From the NCBI RefSeq assembly GCF_000142905.1, contig NW_013657648.1, forward strand, positions 337,147 through 401,146: DNA of 64,000 bases. Direction: 5' to 3'. The stretch is from Thecamonas trahens ATCC 50062. Lineage: Eukaryota; Protista; Apusomonadida. Below, in pieces: positions 1-10,220 of this stretch. Every line of letters starts with the position of its first letter. Position 1 is the first letter of the stretch. The position numbers and the translations under genes are program-made. The notes below the pieces were generated by a model. It had not been told where the DNA came from, did not search any database, and saw only the letters and a program-made list of their open reading frames with translations.

Positions 1-585
1 GCGGAGGTGAGTAAAATCTGCAGCAGCCAGGCGGAAAGCCTCGCCCCAGCGGGCGATCGGCGAGAGCGAGCGCGATCGTTGGCGAGCGGCTGCAGCGGTG
101 CGTGGTGGTGGATGGCGAACTGGCGGGCGATAGCGAAAGGCGTAGCCGCGCGGCGCCCGGTTGGCGCCCCAGACTCGTGACGAGGCAGCCCAGCCGGCAG
201 ACGGCGAGAGTGCGGTCGAGCGCGCAGCAGCAAGAGCAGGCGCGGCAGGCGGCGGGGCGGGCGGATAGCGGGCGCGCCATCGGTTGACTGCTGCGTCGAC
301 GTCCCGGTTGCGGTGCGACGCGGCGCGGCGGGCAAGCGGTGAGGGTGAGCGGCAGGAGCGGCGGCGGCTAGTCTGCTGCAGCGAAGATGAGAGCAGCTCG
401 TTGCCGCGGGTGCGGGCGGCGAGCGCGAGGGCGTCGGGCGTGAGCCCAGCCCGGGCGGCATGGCGGGCCCGAGCGTCTGAGGCGTGCCGGTCGAGGGCAG
501 CACTGGTAGCGGTAAGCGGGCGGACGGGTGCGCTGACTGTCAGCGGGAGTGCCGCCGCCGATGTTTGTGGTCGTCTACGCGACAT
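1..585 (-). CDS. Hypothetical protein, N-terminal part (runs off window start)
   Basis: ATG at 585 on the minus strand (MSRRRPQTSAAALPLTV...) reads open to base 1 (...EAFRLAAADFTHLR). No recognisable domain. Confidence 0.45.
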   Translation of the reverse strand, partial: MSRRRPQTSAAALPLTVSAPVRPLTATSAALDRHASDARARHAARAGLTPDALALAARTRGNELLSSSLQQTSRRRSCRSPSPLARRAASHRNRDVDAAVNRWRARYPPAPPPAAPALAAARSTALSPSAGWAASSRVWGANRAPRGYAFRYRPPVRHPPPRTAAAARQRSRSLSPIARWGEAFRLAAADFTHLR

Positions 586-791
586 GGGTGGGTGGGTGGG
601 GTGGGGTGGAGTGGGGGCGGGGACGGGGACGGGGTGGGGTGGGCGGTTGGCGCCGGCTTGGCGGGTGACAGGCGGGTGGGCCGGCGGGTGGGCCGGCGGG
701 TGGGCGGGCGGACGGATTGTGTTATAGACGATGGTTCGTTTGTTGGGCCGTCGGGCACGTGGCCGGGGATACGGTTGGTGGTCATCGTCAG

Positions 792-2717
792 CTACAATGC
801 GGGATCACTGCTGTCAATCATCAGTGCCTGCATGACCTGATTACGGAGGGCGGCAACCTGCTGGACAAGCTGCTCCTCTCGGGAGCGCGCAGCGGCAAGC
901 TGCACCTCCATGGCACGGCGCTCAGCCTTGACGGCGCGAAGCTCCAGCTCGGCTGCCGAGGTCGGTGAGACATGCTGCCGCTGAGAGAGCTTGCGTGATG
1001 CAGACTTGGCGATCTTGTTGGCCTTGGCGATGGCCTTGGCGGAAGCCTCGGCTGCTGCTGCCGCAGCAGCCTCAGCGCGACGTGCGCGCAGCTCGGCGCT
1101 GCGCGCTCTGGCAGAAGCAATTTCAACGCATTTTGTGGCAGTCTCGTCGTCGCCATCAACCAGAACCTGCAGGCACGCGACGTGGTTGGCAAACGAGGCC
1201 TCCAGCTGGATCAGATCGGTGTTGTGGTGGGCGGCGAGCGCGGCCATGTCGTGCTCGGGCGACTCGACAACGGCATACGTGGAGTTGAGACCAAAGTCCG
1301 GCGCGGCGACGTCGGTATCGGCAAAGTCGCCATCACTAGTGCTACTCAAGCTATCTGCCGCAGCAGCGCAGTGAATGATCGAGTCGGTCACCTGCGAGGT
1401 GGCGAGCGAGGCACACATCTGCCCGTCGAGCCACGATAGAGTCATGGTCACGTCACTCGGGGCTGCCGCCGGCCCCGGCGCTAGCGGATCAGCGACAAGC
1501 GGAAGGAGCGCCTCGCTGCCGACTGCAATGCCCGAGATGGTGCGGTAGGCCAGAGCAGGCACCTTCCACAACACCGCGAACTTGCTCAGCTCCGCAGTCT
1601 TGTGGTCGAGGGCAGCGCAGAGCTGGCCAGCCGAGTCGGCAATGCTGCGCCCACTGGCCATCAGCTGCGCCACCTTTGCCACTGTCGCGCATGCGGCCAC
1701 CATCGCAGAGCTCAGCTCCGCCGCCTTTCCGCTCAGCTGCAGGCCCATTGCCACCATCTCCTTGTGGAGCCCAAGCGAGGCCGAGTGCAGGATGCGCAGC
1801 TTGTCCGCAGCGGCGGCAGCAGCCTCGCGGTCAGTTGTTGGGAGCGCGTGTATATCATTGTATACCATGTTCGCCCCCTCGACCACCTCGATCATGTTGT
1901 CCAGGCTCGTGGTGTGGCTCGCATGGCCGGGTGCAGGCCGCTCTGCCGGCCCGACATCGCGCGCCCGAGCCAGCCACTGCTCACCCTCTGTGGCCACCAT
2001 CGCCGCCTGCGCCACAATCTCGCGGCTACTGCTGACGAGCTCAGCACGCCATGCCTTGGTCTGCGCTGCATCAGCACCATGCGCATAAGCCAGCATCGAG
2101 TCGTCCGGGACCGATCCGTCCGCAACAAGAGGCATGACATGATCCGCAAGCCGTGCAAAGGCGGACTGGGACTGCTCGAGCAGGGTGAGCGCCTGAGCCA
2201 TCGCACGTGCCCGTCGGGCAGTGTAGGCGGAGTGTGCATCGACAGCCGCACGGATCCGATCCAGCCGCTGTGTCGCCTCGTCCGCCTGCTCGAGCGCAGC
2301 CTTTGAGGTTCGGAGCGCAGCGCGGAGGTTCTCCAGCATGCGGCTCGCGTGCATCCCGAGGACGTCGAGGGCGATGCCACGGTCGTCATCACACTCTTCG
2401 TCACACTCACCATCGTCCCATAACACCACAGTCTCAGCAGCCGTCCTAAGCTCCTCGGTGCGGCTAAGGAGCGGCGCAATGGTCTCCTCGATGCGCGGCA
2501 CCGGCCGGGCCCAGAACGTCGGATCGATGAGGTAGACGACGAATGAGTCGCCGCTTGGTGCTGCCTCGTCTTCGTTCTTCAGCAAGTGTGACATCAGCGC
2601 GGTATGCGACACCAGGCGACCGGTGCTTCGGATGATCAGCGCCTGCAAGGGAAGGCCACGGAGCGCGCTTGTGTCGTGCACCGAGCCGCACAGGCCAACG
2701 ACACGCCACAAAGACAT
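792..2717 (-). CDS. Helical/coiled-coil protein, tentatively Atg11/FIP200(Atg17)-like scaffold
   Basis: 641-aa ATG ORF with long amphipathic helices and a C-terminal coiled coil. ELSKFAVLWKVPALAY resembles the L..l..lP..Y helix of Atg11/Atg17-like domains. The family call is weak; the ORF itself is more secure. Confidence 0.55.
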   Translation of the reverse strand: MSLWRVVGLCGSVHDTSALRGLPLQALIIRSTGRLVSHTALMSHLLKNEDEAAPSGDSFVVYLIDPTFWARPVPRIEETIAPLLSRTEELRTAAETVVLWDDGECDEECDDDRGIALDVLGMHASRMLENLRAALRTSKAALEQADEATQRLDRIRAAVDAHSAYTARRARAMAQALTLLEQSQSAFARLADHVMPLVADGSVPDDSMLAYAHGADAAQTKAWRAELVSSSREIVAQAAMVATEGEQWLARARDVGPAERPAPGHASHTTSLDNMIEVVEGANMVYNDIHALPTTDREAAAAAADKLRILHSASLGLHKEMVAMGLQLSGKAAELSSAMVAACATVAKVAQLMASGRSIADSAGQLCAALDHKTAELSKFAVLWKVPALAYRTISGIAVGSEALLPLVADPLAPGPAAAPSDVTMTLSWLDGQMCASLATSQVTDSIIHCAAAADSLSSTSDGDFADTDVAAPDFGLNSTYAVVESPEHDMAALAAHHNTDLIQLEASFANHVACLQVLVDGDDETATKCVEIASARARSAELRARRAEAAAAAAAEASAKAIAKANKIAKSASRKLSQRQHVSPTSAAELELRAVKAERRAMEVQLAAARSREEQLVQQVAALRNQVMQALMIDSSDPAL

Positions 2718-2940
2718 GGTCGTGAGAAGGTGGGGGGAGAGAGAGAGAAAGAAAGATGTGGGCGAGAGAGGTGTGGTGGAGGAACGGGCGCAGGCGGAAG
2801 AGCAAAGGAGGGGGAGGGGGGGAAGGAGATGGTGGGTCTACTGAGTGTGCCGTCATCTGGTGTCGGTGTGTGGAAGGCGAAATGGAACGATGAACCGGTG
2901 GCAAATGAAGGAACGAAACGAGCGATGTCAATCACAGTTG

Positions 2941-3184
2941 CCTCATGGCAACCAATCATGTCACGGTTGTTGCCAATGGCCTCGTACCAGTCGATTATGT
3001 TGCGCTTGTTGTCAACGGCCTCGTAACAACCAATCATGTCGCGATTGTTGCCAATGGCCTCGTAACAACCAATCACGTCGCGATCGTTGCCCGTGATGTT
3101 GACCTGCATGGCCTTGTAGCAATCGATCATGTCACGGTTGTTGCCAATGGCCTCGTAACAGCCAATAACATCACAATTGTTGTG
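2941..3184. repeat. Degenerate 39-bp tandem repeat, about 6 units
   Basis: Unit ccaatcatgtcacggttgttgccaatggcctcgtaacaa. The ctcgta-like anchor recurs at 2942, 2981, 3020, 3059, 3113 and 3152. Confidence 0.85.
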
Positions 3185-4624
3185 TGACTAATGATGGCCT
3201 GATGACGTGTGCTGAACGGCTCCTCCCCCCCCCCCTGCCGGACTCATACCGAGCTCAACGCTATGATTCCACAAAGGGAAGCGAGACACTAGCCAGTTGG
3301 CGGGTGGTGGGGCAGAGCCACCGCAGAGATGGTTCATGCTTCGAGAGTCGCGCATGTGACCTAGGGTAGTGCTGCGGGGCATATTCTTGGTCATGACGCC
3401 ATACACAAGGTGCGGCACAGGTTGATTGTCAAACGTTGCAACACCCCAAAAATAGTGCCCTCTGCCACCGGGACGGAGCTCATGGCAGCGAGCCACCAAG
3501 CCCGACGCGGGTACACTGCCGCAACAAGAGCGAGGTGAGCAAAGGTGAGCGCCTTAAGCACCCATGTGTGCGTAGCATAGCTAAACGTGGCATCATCACC
3601 CCCTTTTCCGAGCCGAGCTTCGCGCCCAGACGGTCTGGGCGCGGTTGACCAACTCGCAACCAATGTCCTCGACCAGCACGTGCCTACTGGCAACGCACGC
3701 CTCTCTCTCCCACCGGTACGTCGACGGGAGCCAAGCACGCGGCAGCAGCCGTCCGTGTCCCTTGCCCCCCCCCTCTCCTCCTCCCCGTCCTCCCCTCCCA
3801 TTACTCCCTTGCCCCCCCTCCCCCCTCCCCCTCCCCCTATCCCCCCCCCATCCCCCCTCCCATCCCCCCCCCCCCCCCCATCCCATGTCGGTATCCATGG
3901 GGGTGCCAATATGGCCTCCTCCCGCCCTTTCTTTCCAGATGCGCAAATTGGACCCAAGTCCACCCGAATCGGCCAAGAACAACGCCCCCTGCCGCCTGCC
4001 GCCTGCCGCCTGCACCACCAAGTCCATACTCTGCCCCCTACCGACCGAGCCTCCTTCCTTCCCCTCCCCTGCTACCGCCATCGTTTCATCGCGGCAATGG
4101 GAGAGGGGGGGGGAGGGGGGGAGGGGGCGACGGGGCTGGGTGAGCAGCGACAGCGCAAACTGCTGCCACCGCCACCACCACCACCACCACCACCACCACC
4201 ACCACCACCGCTATATGCCATTGTACCCACCTTCGGCTCATCTCGCAACGTCGCCAAGGCTATGTCCATACTTGATGCTGATCGGCTCGCGCTCCAGCAG
4301 CACGTTGGACTCGGCTGACGAAGCTCTGCTCTCGTACTCAACAAGCACAAGCGTTGGTCACCACCGGCTGGCGCCAGCAGTTCTTGACGTGGCGTGGCCG
4401 ACGCTGGCTCTACTTGCTTGACCGCAGACGTGTCTGGGGTCTCAGGCACTTGGCCACGATGTGGTGGGGGAGGGGGGGACGGTGGACGATCTGGTGCAGG
4501 CGGGAGCTTGTGGTGACTTTTGACGCTGCACGAGTCATGGCCAAGATGTACGGCAGAGACTCACTGGGAGAGGAGGAATGCGCAGCAAGGGGATACTCTG
4601 CGAGGGGTGGACAGATCGCCAAGT

Positions 4625-6508
4625 ATGGGATCGCCTGCCAAGGCGAATGGTGCAGACAAGGCAGGAGGCGGCGAGGCAGGAAGCCAGTCCGAGTCAACGT
4701 CCGCGCTCTCTGCGACACTCGGGCTCGGGGGCGAGGGCCAAGAGAGCGGCGAGACGGAGGCACGGTATGTGGTAGACGCATCGATCAAGGAGCTGTACAC
4801 CATCGAGCGGCTACTGTCTGAGGGCTCATACGGAATCGTATGGAAGGGGGTGCGGAAGGAGACCGGCGAAGTAGTGGCCATCAAGAAGGTGTTTGAGGCA
4901 TTCTACTCGTCGACCGATGCGCAGCGGACCTACCGTGAGGTCATGTTCCTGACACAGCTTCGGCGACACACCAACATTATCAAGCTCCACGGGGTTCACC
5001 CTGCGGTTAACAACCGCGACCTGTATCTTGTGTTTGAGTACATGGAGTCCGATCTGCACTCGGTCATCCGTGCTCAGATCCTGCAGAATGTCCACAAGCA
5101 GTACATTGTGTACCAGACGCTGCGGGCGCTCAAGTATATCCACTCCGGCAAGCTCTTGCACCGTGACCTCAAGCCATGCAACTTGCTCGTCTCGTCGACA
5201 TGCGAGCTGAAGGTCTGCGACTTTGGGCTCTCGCGGTCGCTGGCGACAACTTCCGAGGACCTGCCGACGTCGGCCGATCTGACGGTGTACGTGGCGACCC
5301 GGTGGTACCGTGCGCCTGAGATCCTGCTCGGGTGCCCCAAGTACACAGTGGGCATCGACCTCTGGTCGCTGGGGTGCATCATTGGCGAGCTCCTTGTGGG
5401 CAAGCCCCTGTTCCCCGGCTCATCAACGCTCAATCAGCTCGAGCGGATTTTCAATCTCATTGGGCGGCCATCCGACGAAGATCTCGCGTCGATTGAGTCG
5501 CCCTTTGCCGCTGCCATGATGCAGCGCATCACCGCCGAGAAGACCGTCTCGTTTGCCGAGCAGTTCCCGTCGGCCTCGCTCGAGGGCGTCGACCTCATGC
5601 TCCGACTGCTGCAGTTTAACCCGGCGAAGCGAATCTCAGTCCGTGACGCCCTCCGTCACCCCTTTGTCCGCATGTTCCACAACTCGGCTACTGAGCCAGT
5701 TCTCAAGCACCCGATCCGCATCCCGGTCAACGACGATGTCAAGCACTCTAAGGACTTTTACCGCTCGGCGCTGTACCAGGGCATGGAACAGCTCTCAGCG
5801 TTTGTCGCCGGCGACGCGGACACCGGAGACGCCGCGGTCGGCAGTCGACCCGGCGACTCGTTGTCGTCAACCTCGGTCCAGCCGTCGGGATCATCCAGCT
5901 CGGTCCAGTCGTCGTCCGAGGCCGGCTCGTCGAGCTCATCGTCGCGATGCGTCGCTGCTCGGCGTGTCTCGGACGCCGGCATCGTCTCGGTTCCCTCGTC
6001 GTCGCTCACTCCGCCACGACATGGCCTCCGCGCTCCGGTCTCGACTCCAACCGGAGATCCCGGCGAAGACGTCCGCGTCCTCGACGCCACATCGTCCTCG
6101 CCCGAGTCATGTCCTCGGTCCAAATCCAAGTCCAAGTACAAGGCCAAAGCTAAGACCAAAGCCAAGGCCAAGGGCAAAGGCAAGGCCGGAAAGGCAAAGG
6201 CAAAGGCGAAGGCCAAGGCCGACGCCGATAGTGATGGTGAAGCCAAGACAGGCCGACAGCAACGGGCCTCCACCGAGCACAGCGGGACGCTCGAGCGCAA
6301 GCGGAGCAAGAGCAAAGCTAAGGCAAAGGCAAGGGCAAAGGCAAAGGCAAAGGCCAAGACCAAGACCAAGACCAAGACCAAGGCTAAGAGCAAGACCAAG
6401 ACCAAGGCTAAGAGCAAAGCCAAGGACAAGGAGCAGGCACTGCCCGACGCCGCGCCAGCTTTGGGGTCGGCCGAATCGTCAGGCAGCTCATTCGGCTCGG
6501 GCTTTTGA
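4625..6508 (+). CDS. MAP kinase, ERK7/MAPK15-like, with Ser-rich and Lys-Ala/Lys-Thr-repeat C-terminal tail
   Basis: Motifs GSYGIVWK, VAIKK, AF..STDAQRTYRE (ERK7-typical), HRDLKPCN, DFG and TVYVATRWYRAPE. First ATG in the ORF is at 4625. Confidence 0.93.
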   Translation: MGSPAKANGADKAGGGEAGSQSESTSALSATLGLGGEGQESGETEARYVVDASIKELYTIERLLSEGSYGIVWKGVRKETGEVVAIKKVFEAFYSSTDAQRTYREVMFLTQLRRHTNIIKLHGVHPAVNNRDLYLVFEYMESDLHSVIRAQILQNVHKQYIVYQTLRALKYIHSGKLLHRDLKPCNLLVSSTCELKVCDFGLSRSLATTSEDLPTSADLTVYVATRWYRAPEILLGCPKYTVGIDLWSLGCIIGELLVGKPLFPGSSTLNQLERIFNLIGRPSDEDLASIESPFAAAMMQRITAEKTVSFAEQFPSASLEGVDLMLRLLQFNPAKRISVRDALRHPFVRMFHNSATEPVLKHPIRIPVNDDVKHSKDFYRSALYQGMEQLSAFVAGDADTGDAAVGSRPGDSLSSTSVQPSGSSSSVQSSSEAGSSSSSSRCVAARRVSDAGIVSVPSSSLTPPRHGLRAPVSTPTGDPGEDVRVLDATSSSPESCPRSKSKSKYKAKAKTKAKAKGKGKAGKAKAKAKAKADADSDGEAKTGRQQRASTEHSGTLERKRSKSKAKAKARAKAKAKAKTKTKTKTKAKSKTKTKAKSKAKDKEQALPDAAPALGSAESSGSSFGSGF

Positions 6509-6528
6509 CGGAGGGAATAATGAGGCGT

Positions 6529-7801
6529 TTACTCGTAAAGTACGTCGTAGTGGCCCGGGCGGTAGAGGAGAGTGCAGACGGGGCGGCCGCCATCAGGAAT
6601 GACGATTTCCGAGGCGGCGCCGTCGGCGGTGGTGGACTGGTCGAGATAGACGACGCGGACAGCGAGGTCGAGGTAGGCGGTGAGGGCAGTGATCTGGACG
6701 TGGTCAGCGTCGCGGCCGACAGCCTCAACCTCGATGCGACGGAACTCGTCGACAGACAGGCCCGAACCCTCGATGAAGAACTGGAAGAAGTCTGCATTCT
6801 TGGCAAGGTGGAGCGAGACGAGGAAGCGCATAAACTGGACGATGTACTCGGTCCGCTCCTGATCACGGAAGCAAGCCAGGAGATCGTCGTGCGAGTAGTT
6901 GCCGCCCTTGATGGCGCGGAGCGGAGCCATGGTCATGGCCCAAAAGTCGTCGATGAACTCGTCAAAGCCGGCGGCGAGGAGATCGGCCTTGGAGGCTTCA
7001 AAGACGCTGACGACGCGGGTCACGTCCTCGGGCTCCGCCAGCGTCATGAGCCACTCGCAAAGGCCAAAGGCAAAGCCGCGATAGAAGCAGTTGCCGTCCG
7101 GCCGAGTCGTCCGCATCCACTGGAACTTGCTCGGCAGCAGCTCAAGCTTGCGGCGGAGCGTCTCGGACGCCGTCTCGTACTCTGAGCTCAGCTCGGTGAC
7201 CGCAACCAAATCTCCCACATACGGCTTGGTCAGCACTTCTTCCTCACGGATCCGCTCCTGCTGCGCGATGATCTCTCTGTCAAAGGCCGCTGCGGCAGGT
7301 ACGATAGCGTGAGTTCATGACGGCATAGCCTTTGGCCGCGATCCCCCGCGGAGTCCGAGATCACGACCACAACAAGCGACACACGATCGAGGCAAGTAAT
7401 GCCACGAGCAGGGCGATGCAGTTGGCGAGCCGAGTGATATCGCGAGCTGGGCAACATGGCGACCGAGCCGAGCAGTGTGGCGAGCGAGCCATACGATGTG
7501 GCCTGGCCTGTAGCCGACCAGAGCAAGGACACGAGGCCTTGGCAACGCACATACGCCGCCATCCATCCCCCTACAGACAGTACCACATTCCCCATATCTC
7601 CCCATCTCCTCCCCCTTCCCTCCCCCTTCCCTTTCCCTGCCCGCAGCCTGTGTGTGCCCTCTGTCACGCCGTACCGTTGTCAATGGAAGCCTGGTCGATG
7701 ACCACCTGGTCACCGCCTGCCTCCCCGCCTTGGCCTCCCTCTGCTGCTGCTCCGCCAGCCTCTGTCCCTCACACCATGTTGTTCTCCTCGTTTGACGCCA
7801 T
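6529..7801 (-). CDS. OTUB1: Otubain (OTUB1-like) deubiquitinase; predicted exons 7801-7775, 7705-7675, 7289-6529
   Basis: Catalytic motifs RPDGNCFYRGF and LYRPGHYDVLY. GT..AG splicing reconstructs MASNEENNM/VVIDQASIDN/AAFDREIIAQQERIREE, resembling the OTUB1 N-terminal ubiquitin-binding helix (DEAIMAQQDRI). Confidence 0.9.
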
Positions 7802-7946
7802 TGCTCCTTCTTCTTCTCTTACACACTCGAGTGTTGCTCACTTGCACTCTTCTCGCCTCACCCTCTCCCCCCCCCACGCCTGCCTGTCCCATGTTCGCTG
7901 GTCGCCTGTCCGCCTTCCGAGTCGTCGGTCGCAATCGTGATTGTAA

Positions 7947-8002
7947 TCGTTCGAGTTATCGTTCGGAATATTGTTCGAGTTATCGTTCGAGTTAGCGCTT
8001 GA
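7947..8002. repeat. About 5 copies of a 12-bp unit (tatcgttcgagt) upstream of otubain
   Basis: aatcgttcgagt tatcgttcggaa tattgttcgagt tatcgttcgagt tagcgcttgag. Confidence 0.7.
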
Positions 8003-8682
8003 GCTAGTGTTCCGGGTCATCACTGAGCCGCAGTCGTATCTACGGCTATCGTTCGAACCATCGTACGGCCGCAGCTGTATCTATGGCTTTGTATCCCCTC
8101 TGCAACTCAACTACGTGACGTTGCAAGGGCAATGTATGTGGTAGACGAGAAAACAAAGTTGAATCAAGAGGTAATGTGTTTGTTCATGTCCATGGCGTGA
8201 GAAACAATGATCTTAGCACAGAAAATCTGCTCCTCTCGGCCTATCTCTCCACGCCGCGCCGCCTCTAATCCCATACGCACACCGTGTAGGCCGATTCTAT
8301 CCGGCGCCACACACTGGGTTGTACCAGGCAGACCATTCTGTGCCTGCTCAGTATGACCCGCCTTAAGATTCACCGCATCACCTGCCATGCTCGGTCCGAG
8401 CACGAGAAACTGCGACCTTTTTTCGCCACCGCCATCGCCGACTGCCACCATCCTGCCCACACTACTGTCTCAGCCGAGCTACGCCACAGCCACGTTCCCA
8501 TACAACAACCCGGCCATACGAGCTGCGTTTGTGTTGTGTGGTCGGCGAAGCGAGCACGATGTCTTGACGGAGCAAGAACCATGTTCACGGAGAGCTGCAG
8601 ACTACGACCTTTTTCCGCCACTGCTGCCTGCACAGCTGCCCTCACACGCCCTCACACGTCTCCATAGCCACCAGTCGACACC

Positions 8683-9069
8683 ATGAACAGTTTCGAAGAG
8701 AGCGACGACGGTGACGTCCTTCTCCCACTTGCCGAGCCCGTGTCCATCTCCGTTACCGAGCTGGACGACCATGCTGTCCTGCCACTCGCCAGCTTGGCAC
8801 ATGGCGCATCAGCGGCAGCCCAAGCCGAAGCTACCGCCACATCAAGAGCACAAGCGGCAGAGCCAAGTCGCCAACGCAAGCGCCGCTGGGAGAGCCACGG
8901 GTCCACAAGCGAGTGCACTCTGTCGGGCAACGATGACATTGGGAGAACGAGGCCCATGCTAGAGGACCCCGGCGTGGAACGGGGCGGCGCGCGCGAGCTT
9001 GGCCCACGCCGCGACACGGTCGGCTTGAGCGCACGCGGGCACGGAGATCGATGCGGTGATCATTGGTGA
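8683..9069 (+). CDS. Short acidic ORF, possibly the displaced 5' part of the SWIM-RING gene
   Basis: ATG ORF of 128 aa ending out of frame at the start of the SWIM-RING ORF; it contains the 62-bp duplicated block. Confidence 0.35.
   Translation: MNSFEESDDGDVLLPLAEPVSISVTELDDHAVLPLASLAHGASAAAQAEATATSRAQAAEPSRQRKRRWESHGSTSECTLSGNDDIGRTRPMLEDPGVERGGARELGPRRDTVGLSARGHGDRCGDHW
8972..9033 (+). repeat. 62-bp block, copy 1 (identical copy at 11474-11535)
   Basis: gcgtggaacggggcggcgcgcgcgagcttggcccacgccgcgacacggtcggcttgagcgca occurs twice. Confidence 0.9.
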
Positions 9070-10084
9070 CGAGAGCCTGGGCGTTTTGTCTGGGGTGGTA
9101 CAGAGCTTGTCTGGAGCGACTGCTGCGTCGTCCACGACGACAAGTGCATCGAGTGCATCGAGTGCATCGACAGCGGCGCCAGCCCGGGCGAGGCGGCGGA
9201 TCAGGACGAGTACGGTGGCGCAGCGGGCCAAGAAGCCAGTTGCTGACTCGGCCGAGGTCGAGGAGCGCGCGGTGCGTTGGCGAGCGCGGGCTCCTGCTGG
9301 AATGAAGCGGCGGAAGGAGCGGGCGATGTCCCAGCCGCTGTTTCTCCTCTCGGCGTCGATCGATCGCGACGTGCCGCGCGGGGAGTTTGCAGTCACCGGC
9401 TCGACTGGCAACGTCTACAACGTGGTCTTTGCCGAGAGGACGACGTGTTCGTGCCCCGACGCGGGGAAGGGCAATGTGTGCAAGCACGCCCTCTTTGTCG
9501 GCATCAAGGTGCTTAAGATCCCATCGCGCTCGCCACTGCTGTTCAACGCCCTGCTTCCGTCCGAGCTCAAGGTGGTCTTTGCCAACCTTGCCATTGCGCG
9601 GCACGTCATGGCGTCATCGCAGGCGCAGCAGGCGTACGTGACAGCCGTGCTGGGCGAGGGCGATGCTGACGGCGACGGCAATACAAGCGGGGCGCCTGGC
9701 GTGACCCGCAAGCCTGTCGACGGCGAGTGTCCAGTTTGCTTTGACGATCTGGACTCGGATCCGGTGGTGTGGTGCCGGGGCCAGTGCGGACAGAACCTAC
9801 ACAAGCGCTGCTTCGAGCAGTGGTCGGCGCACGGCGGCAAGGTGTGTGTTCTCTGCCGCGCGCCATGGCTCGAGACCTCGCTGTCCAACGTCGAGGGCTA
9901 CATCAACTTGGCCCCGTTTGAACGACGCGCCCTCACTGCACGGCTCGACCGGTACCGATCGGCCTACCAGTCCCGGTACTCGCGGAGGCGGTACAACTAC
10001 GACCATGATTGGAACGAATCGGCCAGCAATAGCACAGGCAGCAGTGAAAACTGATAGCACTGACCCCCCACCTGTACATGTCGA
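9034..10084 (+). repeat. ~1.05-kb direct segmental duplication, copy 1 (copy 2 at 14797-15838)
   Basis: Near-identical from cgcgggcacggagatcg to cctgtacatgtcga, differing by a 9-bp indel and scattered SNPs. Confidence 0.95.
9056..10054 (+). CDS. SWIM zinc finger + RING finger protein (ZSWIM2/MEKK1-like E3 module), copy 1
   Basis: GSTGNVYNV..CSCPD..GNVCKH (SWIM CxC-x-CxH) and CPVCFDDL..WCRGQCGQNLHKRCFEQW..CVLCRAPW (RING). First in-frame ATG is at 9302; the 5' end is uncertain. Confidence 0.88.
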   Translation: MIIGDESLGVLSGVVQSLSGATAASSTTTSASSASSASTAAPARARRRIRTSTVAQRAKKPVADSAEVEERAVRWRARAPAGMKRRKERAMSQPLFLLSASIDRDVPRGEFAVTGSTGNVYNVVFAERTTCSCPDAGKGNVCKHALFVGIKVLKIPSRSPLLFNALLPSELKVVFANLAIARHVMASSQAQQAYVTAVLGEGDADGDGNTSGAPGVTRKPVDGECPVCFDDLDSDPVVWCRGQCGQNLHKRCFEQWSAHGGKVCVLCRAPWLETSLSNVEGYINLAPFERRALTARLDRYRSAYQSRYSRRRYNYDHDWNESASNSTGSSEN

Positions 10085-10220
10085 CTGACGCTGGCGCCCG
10101 AACTGGTGTGTGAAAGTACGACGACGTTGCATGTAGTAGTGAGCGAGAATCGTTGTCGCAGCGCTTGCCGAGGACCTTGATGACGTCCTTGCGCGTCCAG
10201 CGGTCGAGAACCAGGCCAAG

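Noticed and set aside
3391-4449. Pro/Gly/His-rich ORFs
   Set aside because: They derive from C/G homopolymers and a (CCA)n microsatellite in probable intergenic DNA; no domain evidence.
7769-7771. Selenocysteine codon in otubain
   Set aside because: Not at a catalytic Cys position, the space 3' of the gene leaves little room for a SECIS, and a 69-nt GT-AG intron explains it more simply.
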